Shown here: positions 1 through 9,161 of the stretch, one piece after another
Position numbering within the stretch: the first letter of the stretch is position 1
How the letters are laid out: each line of letters begins with the position of its first letter
NCBI GenBank assembly: GCA_964353745.1
Contig: CAYGWD010000001.1
Location: 3,440 to 67,439 of the forward strand
Direction: 5' to 3'
DNA: 64,000 nucleotides
Source: an uncultured archaeon
GTDB taxonomy: Archaea; Aenigmatarchaeota; Aenigmatarchaeia; Aenigmatarchaeales; Aenigmatarchaeaceae
Program-made: the position numbers and the translations under genes
Notes under the pieces: model-generated
What the model was told of the DNA's origin: nothing
Database searches by the model: none
The model's input: only the letters and a program-made list of their open reading frames with translations

Positions 1-97
1 CTTTATCAAGAACACTGGACACCTTTCTCTCACTCATTCTAATTCTTGGTAAAGTAAATGTTTAAATGTTTTAGTGTTCTATTTATTTTAGATATTT

Positions 98-409
98 ATG
101 CCAGCAGGAAATACTTTTCCAAATTCTGCTTTAGAAGGTTTAAAACCTAAGCCAAATGTAATCTATATTCCTAAAAAGGAGGATGAATATTCTGCAAAAT
201 CAATACAACATGATAATGTTACGCATTCTGTTTCTATGGCATATTTAGGATATGGTGGTAGAGTTCCAGTAAAAGATGTTGTTAGGTCTCATGTAAATGA
301 AGTTTTTGATGAAATGAGAAAAAATGGCTATAAATCACCATTAGTTTGCCTTGTAGAAAGTGCTATGTGGTCAGATACTCTTATGACTCACCATGAAGAA
401 AGTTGTTAA
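98..409 (+). CDS. hypothetical small protein (103 aa)
   Basis: Intact ORF. An AT-rich TATA-like tttaaat lies about 30 nt upstream of the ATG. No motif recognised. Confidence 0.35.
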   Translation: MPAGNTFPNSALEGLKPKPNVIYIPKKEDEYSAKSIQHDNVTHSVSMAYLGYGGRVPVKDVVRSHVNEVFDEMRKNGYKSPLVCLVESAMWSDTLMTHHEESC

Positions 410-450
410 AAATCATTCTTAGTATCTTTATTAATTATCTATTCTGTGTC

Positions 451-516
451 GCCCTCCCCGTCATCGGTGAATAGCATGAACTGTGCGGAGGGCAGGATTT
501 GAACCAGCGCACACGG
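451..516. repeat. tRNA-3'-end-like element, copy A
   Basis: 7-bp inverted repeat GCCCTCC...GGAGGGC closes a 29-nt loop and is followed by AGGATTTGAACCAGCGCACA. The reverse complement reads GGTTCAAATCCTGCCCTCCGCA, a typical T-arm plus 3' acceptor strand, but no matching 5' half exists. A paralogous copy lies at 5408-5472. Confidence 0.5.
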
Positions 517-1164
517 TTTTCACAAACAATTTTTTATTATTCTTTTTATTTAGGGGAACAAATAATAATATGTGATCAGATGAGGATGAAACTTGTTTTC
601 CCGTTGGTAGCAGTTTTCGCGGTCATAGCTTTAGCCATATTCAGCTATATGGACGAGACATTGCTAGGGATAATAATAGCCGTTGTGATGTTCGTATGGC
701 CGATACTGTTCTTTATTTTAACAAAGTTCATTGAGAACCGCGGCTCTGGGGCAAAGGAAGATAAGAGAGATTTGAAACAGGACATTATTGATGGAGTAGA
801 AGGAGATTCAAAACCTTCAAAAGAAGTTGAGAAAGAAGAATTTATTGTACCACAGAAAAAGGACGCCAACATAGGAATCGCAAAAGAAGAGTTGGAGAAA
901 TTGAAAGGGGCCTCAGATTTGTTGGACGAGGAAAAGAAGGATGGGATGTTGTCTGAGGACGCTTACAACGAAATGAAAAAGCAGAGCAAGGAAGCAATAG
1001 AAAAATTAGAAGAGGAGATAGCAAAGGCCTCTGGAGAGACTGGGGACAAGAAAGTTTATTGCAAAAAAGGCAAGCACTACATTTCTGTGAGGGATTGCCT
1101 ACCTTCGAAAATAGATGGCTATGTCATCTGCCAGGAGCACAACGAAGAGATAAGGGCTGAATAG
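499..1164 (+). CDS. membrane-anchored coiled-coil protein with C-terminal Cys/His cluster
   Basis: Two N-terminal hydrophobic helices, then a K/E-rich coiled-coil stretch. C-terminus reads YCKKGKHY...CLPSK...CQEH. Confidence 0.4.
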   Translation: MNQRTRFSQTIFYYSFYLGEQIIICDQMRMKLVFPLVAVFAVIALAIFSYMDETLLGIIIAVVMFVWPILFFILTKFIENRGSGAKEDKRDLKQDIIDGVEGDSKPSKEVEKEEFIVPQKKDANIGIAKEELEKLKGASDLLDEEKKDGMLSEDAYNEMKKQSKEAIEKLEEEIAKASGETGDKKVYCKKGKHYISVRDCLPSKIDGYVICQEHNEEIRAE

Positions 1165-1165
1165 G

Positions 1166-1585
1166 TCAGCATTTTATAGCCAAGCCATGTCTTTTAGTTC
1201 GTTCCACTTCACTTTTAGGATGTAATTCGTTTCCTCTTGGTTCATGAAGTTCACAAATTTTGCATACTGAAGTTCCTATCTCGAACTCACTTTTAAATCT
1301 TTCTCTGCCTGCTTCGCTTATAGTTTTTTTCTTATAACCTGTGAAATGGCAAAGAACTGCCACTTGTTGTGGGTTATATTCATCACGCATGAAATGCATC
1401 TCAGCATAATTTATAGGAAAAATCCCTGACTTTCTTACCTTTTCATTTTCACAAGCATAAACCTCGAAAAAATTACTCTCGCTTAAAGCTTGACATGATG
1501 GTAACATCATTAAAATTATGTCGGATGCAGCTCCAGCCCCAACAGCATATGCACAATTTCCCCATGTTTGTTCCTGTTTAGTCAT
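1166..1585 (-). CDS. hypothetical protein (139 aa)
   Basis: Intact ORF in the island. No recognised motif. Confidence 0.35.
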   Translation of the reverse strand: MTKQEQTWGNCAYAVGAGAASDIILMMLPSCQALSESNFFEVYACENEKVRKSGIFPINYAEMHFMRDEYNPQQVAVLCHFTGYKKKTISEAGRERFKSEFEIGTSVCKICELHEPRGNELHPKSEVERTKRHGLAIKC

Positions 1586-1658
1586 TTCACCACAACTCTA
1601 AATAGAAAGATAAAAAATTTAAACTCATTGCCTCTCTACCGTCAAACTATGAAAAGCG

Positions 1659-2036
1659 TTAATATTCTTTTATTTTTGCATGCGCTTTAGAAAAACTGGT
1701 AGTAACCGCCATGTCGGTCATTCTCCTTCTGTAACACGGATCATTCTGTAATCTTCCAAGAATTCCTACGTTAATATCAAAACGTTCTCTATGAAGTTCC
1801 CGTCTTTCTCCGTGCCTCAGCGCCTGTTCTTGCAAGTTCATTCTGTACCTCCACGACCTCCTAAAAGGTATATTTAATTCCACTGCAGGTGTTACTTTGA
1901 GCCTCTTTGCAGGTAGTTTAACTTCATAACTTGCATCTTCAGTCCATGGAATTTCAACAGACATAAAAACACTATTAAAGATATAGTTAGAAGAAATATA
2001 AATCCTTATAGAAAGATTAGCTTTGTTCAAGCTCAT
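1659..2036 (-). CDS. hypothetical protein (125 aa), translationally coupled to upstream 340-aa gene
   Basis: ATGA start/stop overlap with the 2033..3055 ORF. Confidence 0.4.
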   Translation of the reverse strand: MSLNKANLSIRIYISSNYIFNSVFMSVEIPWTEDASYEVKLPAKRLKVTPAVELNIPFRRSWRYRMNLQEQALRHGERRELHRERFDINVGILGRLQNDPCYRRRMTDMAVTTSFSKAHAKIKEY

Positions 2037-3055
2037 GCATTAAGACTTTTTTGTTTCTCTGTGAGCTTGTTTATTTGTTCTTTTAGTTCTTTTTCTATAC
2101 TAACTCTCTCTTCTTCAAAGTCTATCCTGCTTATCGCATAGTGCGGGTTCCAATTACAATGGCATAAATCAGTTATGCCATATAGAATTCCTTTTCTTCC
2201 TTCCTCGATAAGGTTTTTAATTATGTCCTTTCTTTTGGTCTGGTCTCTAGGGAAGTTCTCCGTTCTTCTGTATTCAGGTTTCCATCCTCTCCTAGCGATC
2301 AAGAGTTCTATTTTTGACAGGTTGCTGTTTTCAAAGTCTTTTTCTAAGGTCTTTTTTTGTTTTTCCAGCCAGATTTCCGGCAACCAATCGGCAACAGGTT
2401 TTGGAACATCTAAAATAGAGATGGTCTCGCACCCTTGCTCGCCCCTATCCTCTGCATATCTTATATTGTCTATGAACATCTGGGATTTTGGAACCTTTTC
2501 CAGAGATGTAATAATCCTTTCGTATTGTTTGTCAAAACATACTGCTTGCTCTTCTAGAATTTTTTTCTGTGTCTCCAGTTCCTTTGTGTCTGTCCTGTCA
2601 AATCTTACTAGGACCTCGTCGCCGGTATAATGAGTTGAAACATAACCTTTTTCTTCCAAATCTCTTACATAATCTCTTGCTCTGCCGAAATTAACTGTCT
2701 GAATGTTGCCTATGAATTTTAAAAGTTTTATTTGTTTGTCCAGAGTCTCTGTCATTCTTTTTCTGTCGTATACATCAATCTCTGCACTGCTTTCACCATG
2801 AATTAGATCAAATACTGTACAAGCCTCTAATGGAAGCGTATTTGACTTTTCCAAAACATCTGCCATCAGGTTCCTGGCGTGAAACGCAGACACGTCACCA
2901 TCGAAGCTATAAACTATTTTAGGTCTCGTCTCGTGTTCAACAATTTTAGCAGTAGCATTTTCCATTTTCCCGACTATTTTTTGATAGTCCTCAAGCTGTT
3001 CTTTGATGCTTTCCATCAAATATGTCAGCTCTATCTGAGGTTTAGAATTTTTCAT
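2033..3055 (-). CDS. hypothetical protein (340 aa), coiled-coil rich
   Basis: Long intact ORF. No integrase, nuclease or NTPase motif recognised by eye. Confidence 0.45.
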   Translation of the reverse strand: MKNSKPQIELTYLMESIKEQLEDYQKIVGKMENATAKIVEHETRPKIVYSFDGDVSAFHARNLMADVLEKSNTLPLEACTVFDLIHGESSAEIDVYDRKRMTETLDKQIKLLKFIGNIQTVNFGRARDYVRDLEEKGYVSTHYTGDEVLVRFDRTDTKELETQKKILEEQAVCFDKQYERIITSLEKVPKSQMFIDNIRYAEDRGEQGCETISILDVPKPVADWLPEIWLEKQKKTLEKDFENSNLSKIELLIARRGWKPEYRRTENFPRDQTKRKDIIKNLIEEGRKGILYGITDLCHCNWNPHYAISRIDFEEERVSIEKELKEQINKLTEKQKSLNA

Positions 3056-3211
3056 TATTATCGTATTTTAATACGAAACTTAAAGATTTAAACTTGATTA
3101 GAAACTATCCTATAATTTTATTATGGAGCAATAAGATTATGATTTGTCAACTATATCCAATATTTTTTCATTTCTTATATAATTACTAAAATAATATTAA
3201 TTTTTTAATCC

Positions 3212-3505
3212 CTAAGATCTTTTCGTGTGATAATTGTATAATGCTTCTTCGCCTAATCCTGTAATATAAATACCAAATGAATTTTCAACAATATAATTAG
3301 CATGCGTTAACCTCAGTAAGAAACCTGCATCAGTTTTTCCTCTTGAACCTGAAACTTTGTGCAGCTTACTTCTTGAAGATCTTGAAGGTTCGTAGATTTT
3401 TCTGCGCTCTTGCAGATGTTCCAATATCCTTACCTCTGTCTTGAACAACCTATCAGGTCTGTATGTGCTTGTCGGTTCGTTGGAAGTACCGTCAACCCAT
3501 ACCAT
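3212..3505 (-). CDS. hypothetical basic protein (97 aa)
   Basis: Intact ORF flanked by repeated sequence motifs (see findings). Confidence 0.3.
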   Translation of the reverse strand: MVWVDGTSNEPTSTYRPDRLFKTEVRILEHLQERRKIYEPSRSSRSKLHKVSGSRGKTDAGFLLRLTHANYIVENSFGIYITGLGEEALYNYHTKRS

Positions 3506-3728
3506 ATCAAATATATCAATAAATAGAAATTTAAATCTGTAATCTTATTACCCAGCAATAAGACTATCCTATAATTGTTCTCTATGTTTTTTAACTTTCT
3601 CAGATAATGTGTAGGCTTTCTTTGCTACCTTGTTCTTCTTCCTTAGAGATTTGATGCCAACCCAACCAATCAGAGCGTTTGTCTTACTGTTAGTGAAAAC
3701 CTTATTTTAATACCACCAATAATTAAGT

Positions 3729-4895
3729 ATGTCAATAGAAGTTTTATCATCCATATTTCTGGCAGCATCATTGTTCAGCCTTTTCTATGCCCTTAACTTT
3801 AAGAAACCTAGTCCACCAAAAGAACCAAAAGTCTTGCCAAAGGTCAGCGTCATGACATATGCCTACATCAACGACTGGGCAGGAAATGTGATAAAGAGGA
3901 AGATAGAAAACTTCCTTGATCTGAATTATCCGAAAGACAAGTATGAGATAATAGTTTATGACAACGGGTCGACTGGCAGAACTTTAAAGATATGCAAGGA
4001 ATACGCAAAGAAAGGTCTGATAAAGCATTACAGAAGCGACAAGGGTTACAACAGAAAGGGTTTGGTCCTTGACGACGTGATAAGGGATGTCGCCAAAGGA
4101 GATATAATCGCTCTTACTGATCCTGATGGAATATGCGAAAGGGACTGGCTGATGAAACATGTCTGCAACCTGATGAGCAGCAAAAAAATCGGAGCTTCCA
4201 TAGGAATGGTTTTCTGCGGCAACTGGTACAAAAACTTTTTCACTAGGATGAGAGCAATCGAGGATGTTTGGATGATTGATGTCGCATCCTTGGGAAGAAT
4301 AAGTGATGTGCAATTCATTTGCGGTGCCAACTATTCCTTTAAGAGAAAGGCATGGAAGGATGCCGGTGGTCATGGCAAAACACTTATCGAGGACGCAGAA
4401 ATAGCTAACAGGCTGCAGAAAGGCGGATGGAGGATAGCTGTTACTGATGCTGCCGTATGGCAAGAGGAAGTAGAGGACATATATGATTTTTTCATACAGA
4501 GATTGAGATGGTACAGCACTCCTATGGGTATTATCTTTCGCGAGAAGAAAACTATTTCAACAATCTTGTCTATCAGCCCTTGGTCGATACAGACTGTAAG
4601 TCTGTTCTCGCTGATTGCCTTTATTTTTGCAAATAACTTGCCATTGCGCATCTTCTCTCTGGCTCCATTTTTAATCTCAATCCTAGCTCTTGTCATAGGA
4701 CTGGTCAAAATGAAAGAGAAAAAGTTCATTCCGTTCATACTGCCCTACTTGACCTTTGATGCCGCAGTGTCTCTTATCTGTTTTATAGCGGCAAAAATTC
4801 TAAACATACTAAAGAAAGAGGTCAGATGGGAAAGGCTATCAAAGTGCAGATACTATCACAACGGAACCAAAATAAAAATTAATAGTGGCTATTAG
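3729..4895 (+). CDS. family-2 glycosyltransferase with processive-type QxxRW motif and C-terminal TM helices
   Basis: YDNGSTGRT (DxD-region), DPDG, and QRLRW followed by four hydrophobic helices. This resembles cellulose/chitin/hyaluronan-synthase-like GT2. Confidence 0.7.
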   Translation: MSIEVLSSIFLAASLFSLFYALNFKKPSPPKEPKVLPKVSVMTYAYINDWAGNVIKRKIENFLDLNYPKDKYEIIVYDNGSTGRTLKICKEYAKKGLIKHYRSDKGYNRKGLVLDDVIRDVAKGDIIALTDPDGICERDWLMKHVCNLMSSKKIGASIGMVFCGNWYKNFFTRMRAIEDVWMIDVASLGRISDVQFICGANYSFKRKAWKDAGGHGKTLIEDAEIANRLQKGGWRIAVTDAAVWQEEVEDIYDFFIQRLRWYSTPMGIIFREKKTISTILSISPWSIQTVSLFSLIAFIFANNLPLRIFSLAPFLISILALVIGLVKMKEKKFIPFILPYLTFDAAVSLICFIAAKILNILKKEVRWERLSKCRYYHNGTKIKINSGY

Positions 4896-4945
4896 GAAGC
4901 TTTATCAAGAATATCTTTTGGCATTATAATCATTTTACGATTCTT

Positions 4946-5368
4946 CTATTTTACTGGTTCATCAAAAGTCTCTAAAACACTCTCAACATTTCTCAATATG
5001 TCTTTAAATTGTTGGGTTGACTCTTTACCTATTATTTCACCGCTTTCTAAACCAGTATAAACTTTTACACATTGACTCCAAACATTCACTTCGACATTTT
5101 TTAGAATAGGTATTTTAACTTCAACAACATCAATATCTTTCTTTTTAACTTTTCCTCTATAAGATTCTGATAATTTAGTATATATTTTTTCTATTAAAGT
5201 TTGTCGCCTTTCTTCGCTCAAATCTTCACATGGTATAGGAAATCTACTTTTTTCAGTAGGTATTCTTTTTAAACGATTATACCTTACAGATCCTTCTAAA
5301 CCTATATCATTATCAACGAAGTATTTTCCAGCTATCTGAAAACAACTGTCAGAAAGTATTTTTGACAT
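4946..5368 (-). CDS. hypothetical protein (140 aa)
   Basis: Intact ORF. No motif. Confidence 0.35.
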   Translation of the reverse strand: MSKILSDSCFQIAGKYFVDNDIGLEGSVRYNRLKRIPTEKSRFPIPCEDLSEERRQTLIEKIYTKLSESYRGKVKKKDIDVVEVKIPILKNVEVNVWSQCVKVYTGLESGEIIGKESTQQFKDILRNVESVLETFDEPVK

Positions 5369-5407
5369 GTTATTATAGAGGATAGTAAATTTTAAATGCT
5401 TATTGCC

Positions 5408-5472
5408 GCCCTCACGTCTGCTGTGAAGAACATCCTATGTGTGGAGGGCAGGATTTGAACTAGCGAACATCA
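5408..5472. repeat. tRNA-3'-end-like element, copy B
   Basis: GCCCTCA...GGAGGGC stem with a 28-nt loop, followed by AGGATTTGAACTAGCGAACA. The 18-nt core GGAGGGCAGGATTTGAAC is identical to copy A and the flanks are about 65 percent identical. Confidence 0.5.
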
Positions 5473-5901
5473 ACCTAACGCTACTAGAATAGCACCAACA
5501 ACCATCAAAGCAGTTCCTATCGCTATCTTCAAGCTAACCTTCTCTCCAAGTATGAGGAAAGCTAGGATTATGACAAAAACTATGCTCAGTCTATCTATGG
5601 GAGCAACCTGCGATGCTTTGCCAATCTTTAGAGCAAGAAAATAAAACAGCCACGACAACGCTCCTGCTATGCCACTTAAAAATATATAAGACAGTGCTTT
5701 GGAATTGGAAAATATTGTTGTCATATTCTCTATTTTTCCTGTAAATGCTATAACCATAACAAGAAACCCAAACATTATGCCTGCTCTTATCATAGTAGCC
5801 GCGTTAGCATCGATTCCTTCCAAACCGATTTTACCGAATATCGCCACCAATGCAGCCATAGCTGCCGACAATATAGCAAATATCAACCAAGTGTAATCCA
5901 T
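5470..5901 (-). CDS. EamA/DMT-family small membrane transporter
   Basis: 143 aa with four hydrophobic helices. The pattern is EamA-like: FGKIGLEG...GIAGALSWLFYFLALK...PIDRLSIVFVIILAFLILGE. Confidence 0.55.
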   Translation of the reverse strand: MDYTWLIFAILSAAMAALVAIFGKIGLEGIDANAATMIRAGIMFGFLVMVIAFTGKIENMTTIFSNSKALSYIFLSGIAGALSWLFYFLALKIGKASQVAPIDRLSIVFVIILAFLILGEKVSLKIAIGTALMVVGAILVALG

Positions 5902-5905
5902 ATCA

Positions 5906-7192
5906 TCATTTTATTTTCTCTAGTTTCTTGATGCCGTTCATGTAGGGCCAGAGTGTTTTCGGAATTAGCACGGTTCCGTCTTTCTGTTGGCATTGCTCTA
6001 TCAAAGCTACCATTGTCCTTGACGTCGCTATGGCAGTATTATTCAATGTGTGGACAAATCCTTTTGGAGCCTGACCTTCCTTATCCCTGTATCTTAAATT
6101 CAATCTTCTAGCCTGATAGTCTATGCAATTGGAGTTCGAACCTACCTCACGATAAACTCCGTCAGACATCCACAACTCAACATCATAAGTCTTCGATGAG
6201 ACGACGCCAGTCTCGCCTGAGCATAAAACTATTGTTCTGAAGTGCAGGCCTAGATTCTTGTATAGCTCCTCGGAATTCTTTTGCAACTCCTCATGACAGT
6301 CCCAGGAATCTTCAGGCAGGCAGAAGATGAACTGCTCTACCTTGTTGAACTGGTGCATTCTGAACAATCCCTTGGTGTATTTGCCATGAGCTCCTACCTC
6401 TTTCCTGAAGTTAGTCGAGAAGCCGACAATCTTCAGAGGCAAATCTTTTTTATTCAAGACCTCGTCCTTGAGCATGGCTCCTATCGGATGCTCTGCTGTT
6501 GCAACCATGTATGCATCCTCGTTCTCAATCTTATACATCACGTTCTCAAAATCAGACAGATCAACCATGCCGCTATAAGGCTCTCTTCTGAGCATGTGCG
6601 GCGGGTAAATGAACAAATAACCTTTTTTAATCAAGAGTTCTATTGCATAATTTTGCAGAGCTCTGTCCAGCAACGCCAAAGGACCTTTCAAATAGAAGAA
6701 TCCCCTGCCTATGACCTTCTCTGCTCTTTCATCGTCTATCAATCCAAGATTCTTGAGAATGTCCAAATGGTTCTTTGGCTCGAAATTAAATTTAGGCGGC
6801 TTGCCATACTTTCTTACCTCTACGTTTCCCGTTTCTCCCCTTGCAATAGGAACAGACTCATGGAGTAGGTTGGGCATTCTCATTAAAGAAACATCAATAT
6901 TATCCTTTAGCTTAATAACATCTTCTTCCAATGTATTGATCTTGTTAGGGATTTCCGAAGCTTCCTTGATTTTGTGGGAAGCGTCCTTGCCATCTTTCTT
7001 TAACTTTGCTATCTCCTCTGACACTATATTCCTGTCATGCTTTAACTTCTCCAGCTCTTGTAGCTCTTCTCTATACTTTTTGTCATTGATTACCAATTCC
7101 TTCAGAAGCTTTAACTTCTCTTCGTCTCCTCTCTTCTTTAAGTTCTCTTCAATGATATGAGGGTTTTCCCTTATTATTTTTATGTCAAGCAT
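5906..7192 (-). CDS. serS: seryl-tRNA synthetase
   Basis: 428 aa. N-terminal coiled-coil arm. Class-II motifs including FSTNFRKEVGAHGKYTKGLFRMHQFNKVEQ and GFVHTLNNTAIATSRTMVAL. Confidence 0.9.
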   Translation of the reverse strand: MLDIKIIRENPHIIEENLKKRGDEEKLKLLKELVINDKKYREELQELEKLKHDRNIVSEEIAKLKKDGKDASHKIKEASEIPNKINTLEEDVIKLKDNIDVSLMRMPNLLHESVPIARGETGNVEVRKYGKPPKFNFEPKNHLDILKNLGLIDDERAEKVIGRGFFYLKGPLALLDRALQNYAIELLIKKGYLFIYPPHMLRREPYSGMVDLSDFENVMYKIENEDAYMVATAEHPIGAMLKDEVLNKKDLPLKIVGFSTNFRKEVGAHGKYTKGLFRMHQFNKVEQFIFCLPEDSWDCHEELQKNSEELYKNLGLHFRTIVLCSGETGVVSSKTYDVELWMSDGVYREVGSNSNCIDYQARRLNLRYRDKEGQAPKGFVHTLNNTAIATSRTMVALIEQCQQKDGTVLIPKTLWPYMNGIKKLEKIK

Positions 7193-7221
7193 CTATTCAC
7201 CTCTTTATATTTTTTAGGTTT

Positions 7222-8064
7222 GTGTTTAAATCTTTTAGTTTTTATTTAATTTTCATGAAAACGATTGAGCAGCTGATGAAAGATGGCTTGATAAAACAAT
7301 TTGAAAATAATTTTCCAGAGAGCCAATATTCAGCGGTTAGGAAAACATTTGAGGATGAGAAATTTGTAAACAAACACAACGGGCAGATTCCGCTGCTAGA
7401 GACGAGGCGACTCTGTCAGACTGGAAGCTCTAAGGATAGCATCAACCTGCTTGATTTGGGTTGCGGTACTGGCAATCAAATAGAATATTCTACATGGTTA
7501 GAAGGCGAATGGTCGACCGGACTTGATATTTCCAAAAGAATGTTAGAAAAAGCTGCTGATAAACTAAGGGGAACATGGGGTAAATGGAGATATAAGAAAG
7601 CAATTGCACTTGTCCATGCAAACATGAGTGATTCATTAAAAAATGATTTCTATGCACTCTTAGACAAACCTTATCTCGTAGATAGGCTAAGGCCAAAAAA
7701 GGCTGAGAAATTTAAAGCGATTAAAGATAGAAAAATTGCTGAAGTCAAAGAGATATTCAAAGGCAAATCAGGCAAGTACTTTGACATCATAACTTCCAAT
7801 CTTTCATTCCCAATTTATACGCCTCCCGAGAAGATAGAAGGTGTTGTTAAGTTTTACACTGAACGGTTGAAACCTGGCGGTTTGTGGCATATGTCGTATG
7901 CATTCGACCATGAAAATGTAGAAAAAGATAGCATATGGTTCAGCCACGACCCAGAAGCAATAAAAAGAGTCATGGAAGACTACAACATGAAATTGATAAA
8001 AGATAAAAGTAATTGCCTGCATTGTGAAGTATCTGTTGAACAGATTTATAGGTCAGATAATTAA
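7222..8064 (+). CDS. class I SAM-dependent methyltransferase
   Basis: Motif I LDLGCGTGNQ. Rossmann-type spacing. Confidence 0.55.
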   Translation: MFKSFSFYLIFMKTIEQLMKDGLIKQFENNFPESQYSAVRKTFEDEKFVNKHNGQIPLLETRRLCQTGSSKDSINLLDLGCGTGNQIEYSTWLEGEWSTGLDISKRMLEKAADKLRGTWGKWRYKKAIALVHANMSDSLKNDFYALLDKPYLVDRLRPKKAEKFKAIKDRKIAEVKEIFKGKSGKYFDIITSNLSFPIYTPPEKIEGVVKFYTERLKPGGLWHMSYAFDHENVEKDSIWFSHDPEAIKRVMEDYNMKLIKDKSNCLHCEVSVEQIYRSDN

Positions 8065-8092
8065 AAGGATTGCCTTCGCAAGAAAATTTTTT

Positions 8093-8356
8093 CTATACTA
8101 TGCAACTACCGCAGAAATTATAATAACCACCATAAACAGTTATAGATTTCTCATTCAGTTCCTTTACAGTGCTCCAACCGTAACGAATTGAATAGGCCAA
8201 CCTCGAAATACCATGCTTTGGAAAGCCTTTCTCTTCTAATTCTGTTTTTAATTTGTAGAACTCGCTCATTCCAGACTTGACATCATTCTCGCCTTTTGGG
8301 CGGCAAAGCTTATCATCAACTATTTTTAGTCTTTCACGAATTTCTTTTATCTTCAT
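8093..8356 (-). CDS. hypothetical protein (87 aa)
   Basis: ORF only. Confidence 0.25.
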   Translation of the reverse strand: MKIKEIRERLKIVDDKLCRPKGENDVKSGMSEFYKLKTELEEKGFPKHGISRLAYSIRYGWSTVKELNEKSITVYGGYYNFCGSCIV

Positions 8357-8466
8357 AAATATCCTATAAACGGGAAAAGATTTAAAATTATCTACCCGTA
8401 TGCAGTTAATTTTTTTGTCGAAGTACCTAATAAGTTTTTTAAACTCCGGGGAGATAGTCTTACTTA

Positions 8467-8829
8467 ATGCCTAGAAAAAAAAGTAATGTTGAATTGATTG
8501 AAAAGCTCCCGGTTATAAAAATTACAGCTGGAAACAAAATTAAAGAGGCTCCAACAGAGATAGCCTTTAGTTCAGAGAGTCTAGATTACGGAATAACGGG
8601 AGAGATTGACCTATTGCTGGACAGGGAAGGCTATGACTGCAAAAAGCTTAGGCTTACGAGTGTGGAAATTAAAACTCAGGTTGTAGGACATCGCGAAGGT
8701 GGAATATGCATATATGATGGAGAAAAAAGGAAGATTGATTATTCTTTAAAATATGATGGTCGGCTTGATGAGAAAACAAAAAATGGAATAGTGAATATCT
8801 TGAAGAGCGTTCCTAACGTAAAAATATAA
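8467..8829 (+). CDS. hypothetical protein (120 aa)
   Basis: ORF only. Confidence 0.3.
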   Translation: MPRKKSNVELIEKLPVIKITAGNKIKEAPTEIAFSSESLDYGITGEIDLLLDREGYDCKKLRLTSVEIKTQVVGHREGGICIYDGEKRKIDYSLKYDGRLDEKTKNGIVNILKSVPNVKI

Positions 8830-8852
8830 AGTTTAGTTTTCTTTCTAGTTTT

Positions 8853-9161
8853 ATGAGGAAGATAAAGGTTTTAAGCGATAGGTTTGTTGAAGTAATGACC
8901 TCTCATGAGATGATAAAAGCATTTGGAGAAAATGTAGCCTATGTAATGAGAAATGGAAATTTGTATGTGAGTGAGGAAAGTATTTTAGATGAAGTTAGAA
9001 AATTTGAAGAGCATTTATCACTCGAAGAGATAGCCGAAGATGTGTATAGAAAAGTAAGATTAGCTGAAGCTAACAGGAGGTATAAAACATCGCACACGCT
9101 CTGGGATGAGGTTAACAGAGCTAAATGCCCACTTAAATTGCTTGGCGAGTTCACCGAGTAA
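8853..9161 (+). CDS. hypothetical protein (102 aa)
   Basis: ORF only. Confidence 0.3.
   Translation: MRKIKVLSDRFVEVMTSHEMIKAFGENVAYVMRNGNLYVSEESILDEVRKFEEHLSLEEIAEDVYRKVRLAEANRRYKTSHTLWDEVNRAKCPLKLLGEFTE

Noticed and set aside
441-516. Possible canonical tRNA gene (either strand), including intron-containing models
   Set aside because: The T-arm and 3' acceptor strand are convincing on the minus strand, but no complementary 5' acceptor strand, D-arm or anticodon stem can be placed within 120 nt. It was called a tRNA-like remnant or repeat instead.
3590-3700. Possible short minus-strand coding remnant (VFTNSKTNALIGWVGIKSLRKKNKVAKKAYTLSEK)
   Set aside because: It is an open frame of only about 40 codons without a start codon or recognisable family. 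It could be a decayed gene fragment, but that is not supportable as a feature.
6281-7160. Plus-strand ORFs of 195 and 149 aa
   Set aside because: They lie entirely antisense within serS and have low-complexity, Leu/Ser-rich translations typical of shadow ORFs. The same reasoning applies to 2175-2630, 3984-4738, 17667-18113, 20422-20904, 37456-37893, 38344-39260, 40847-41698, 53253-53540 and similar.
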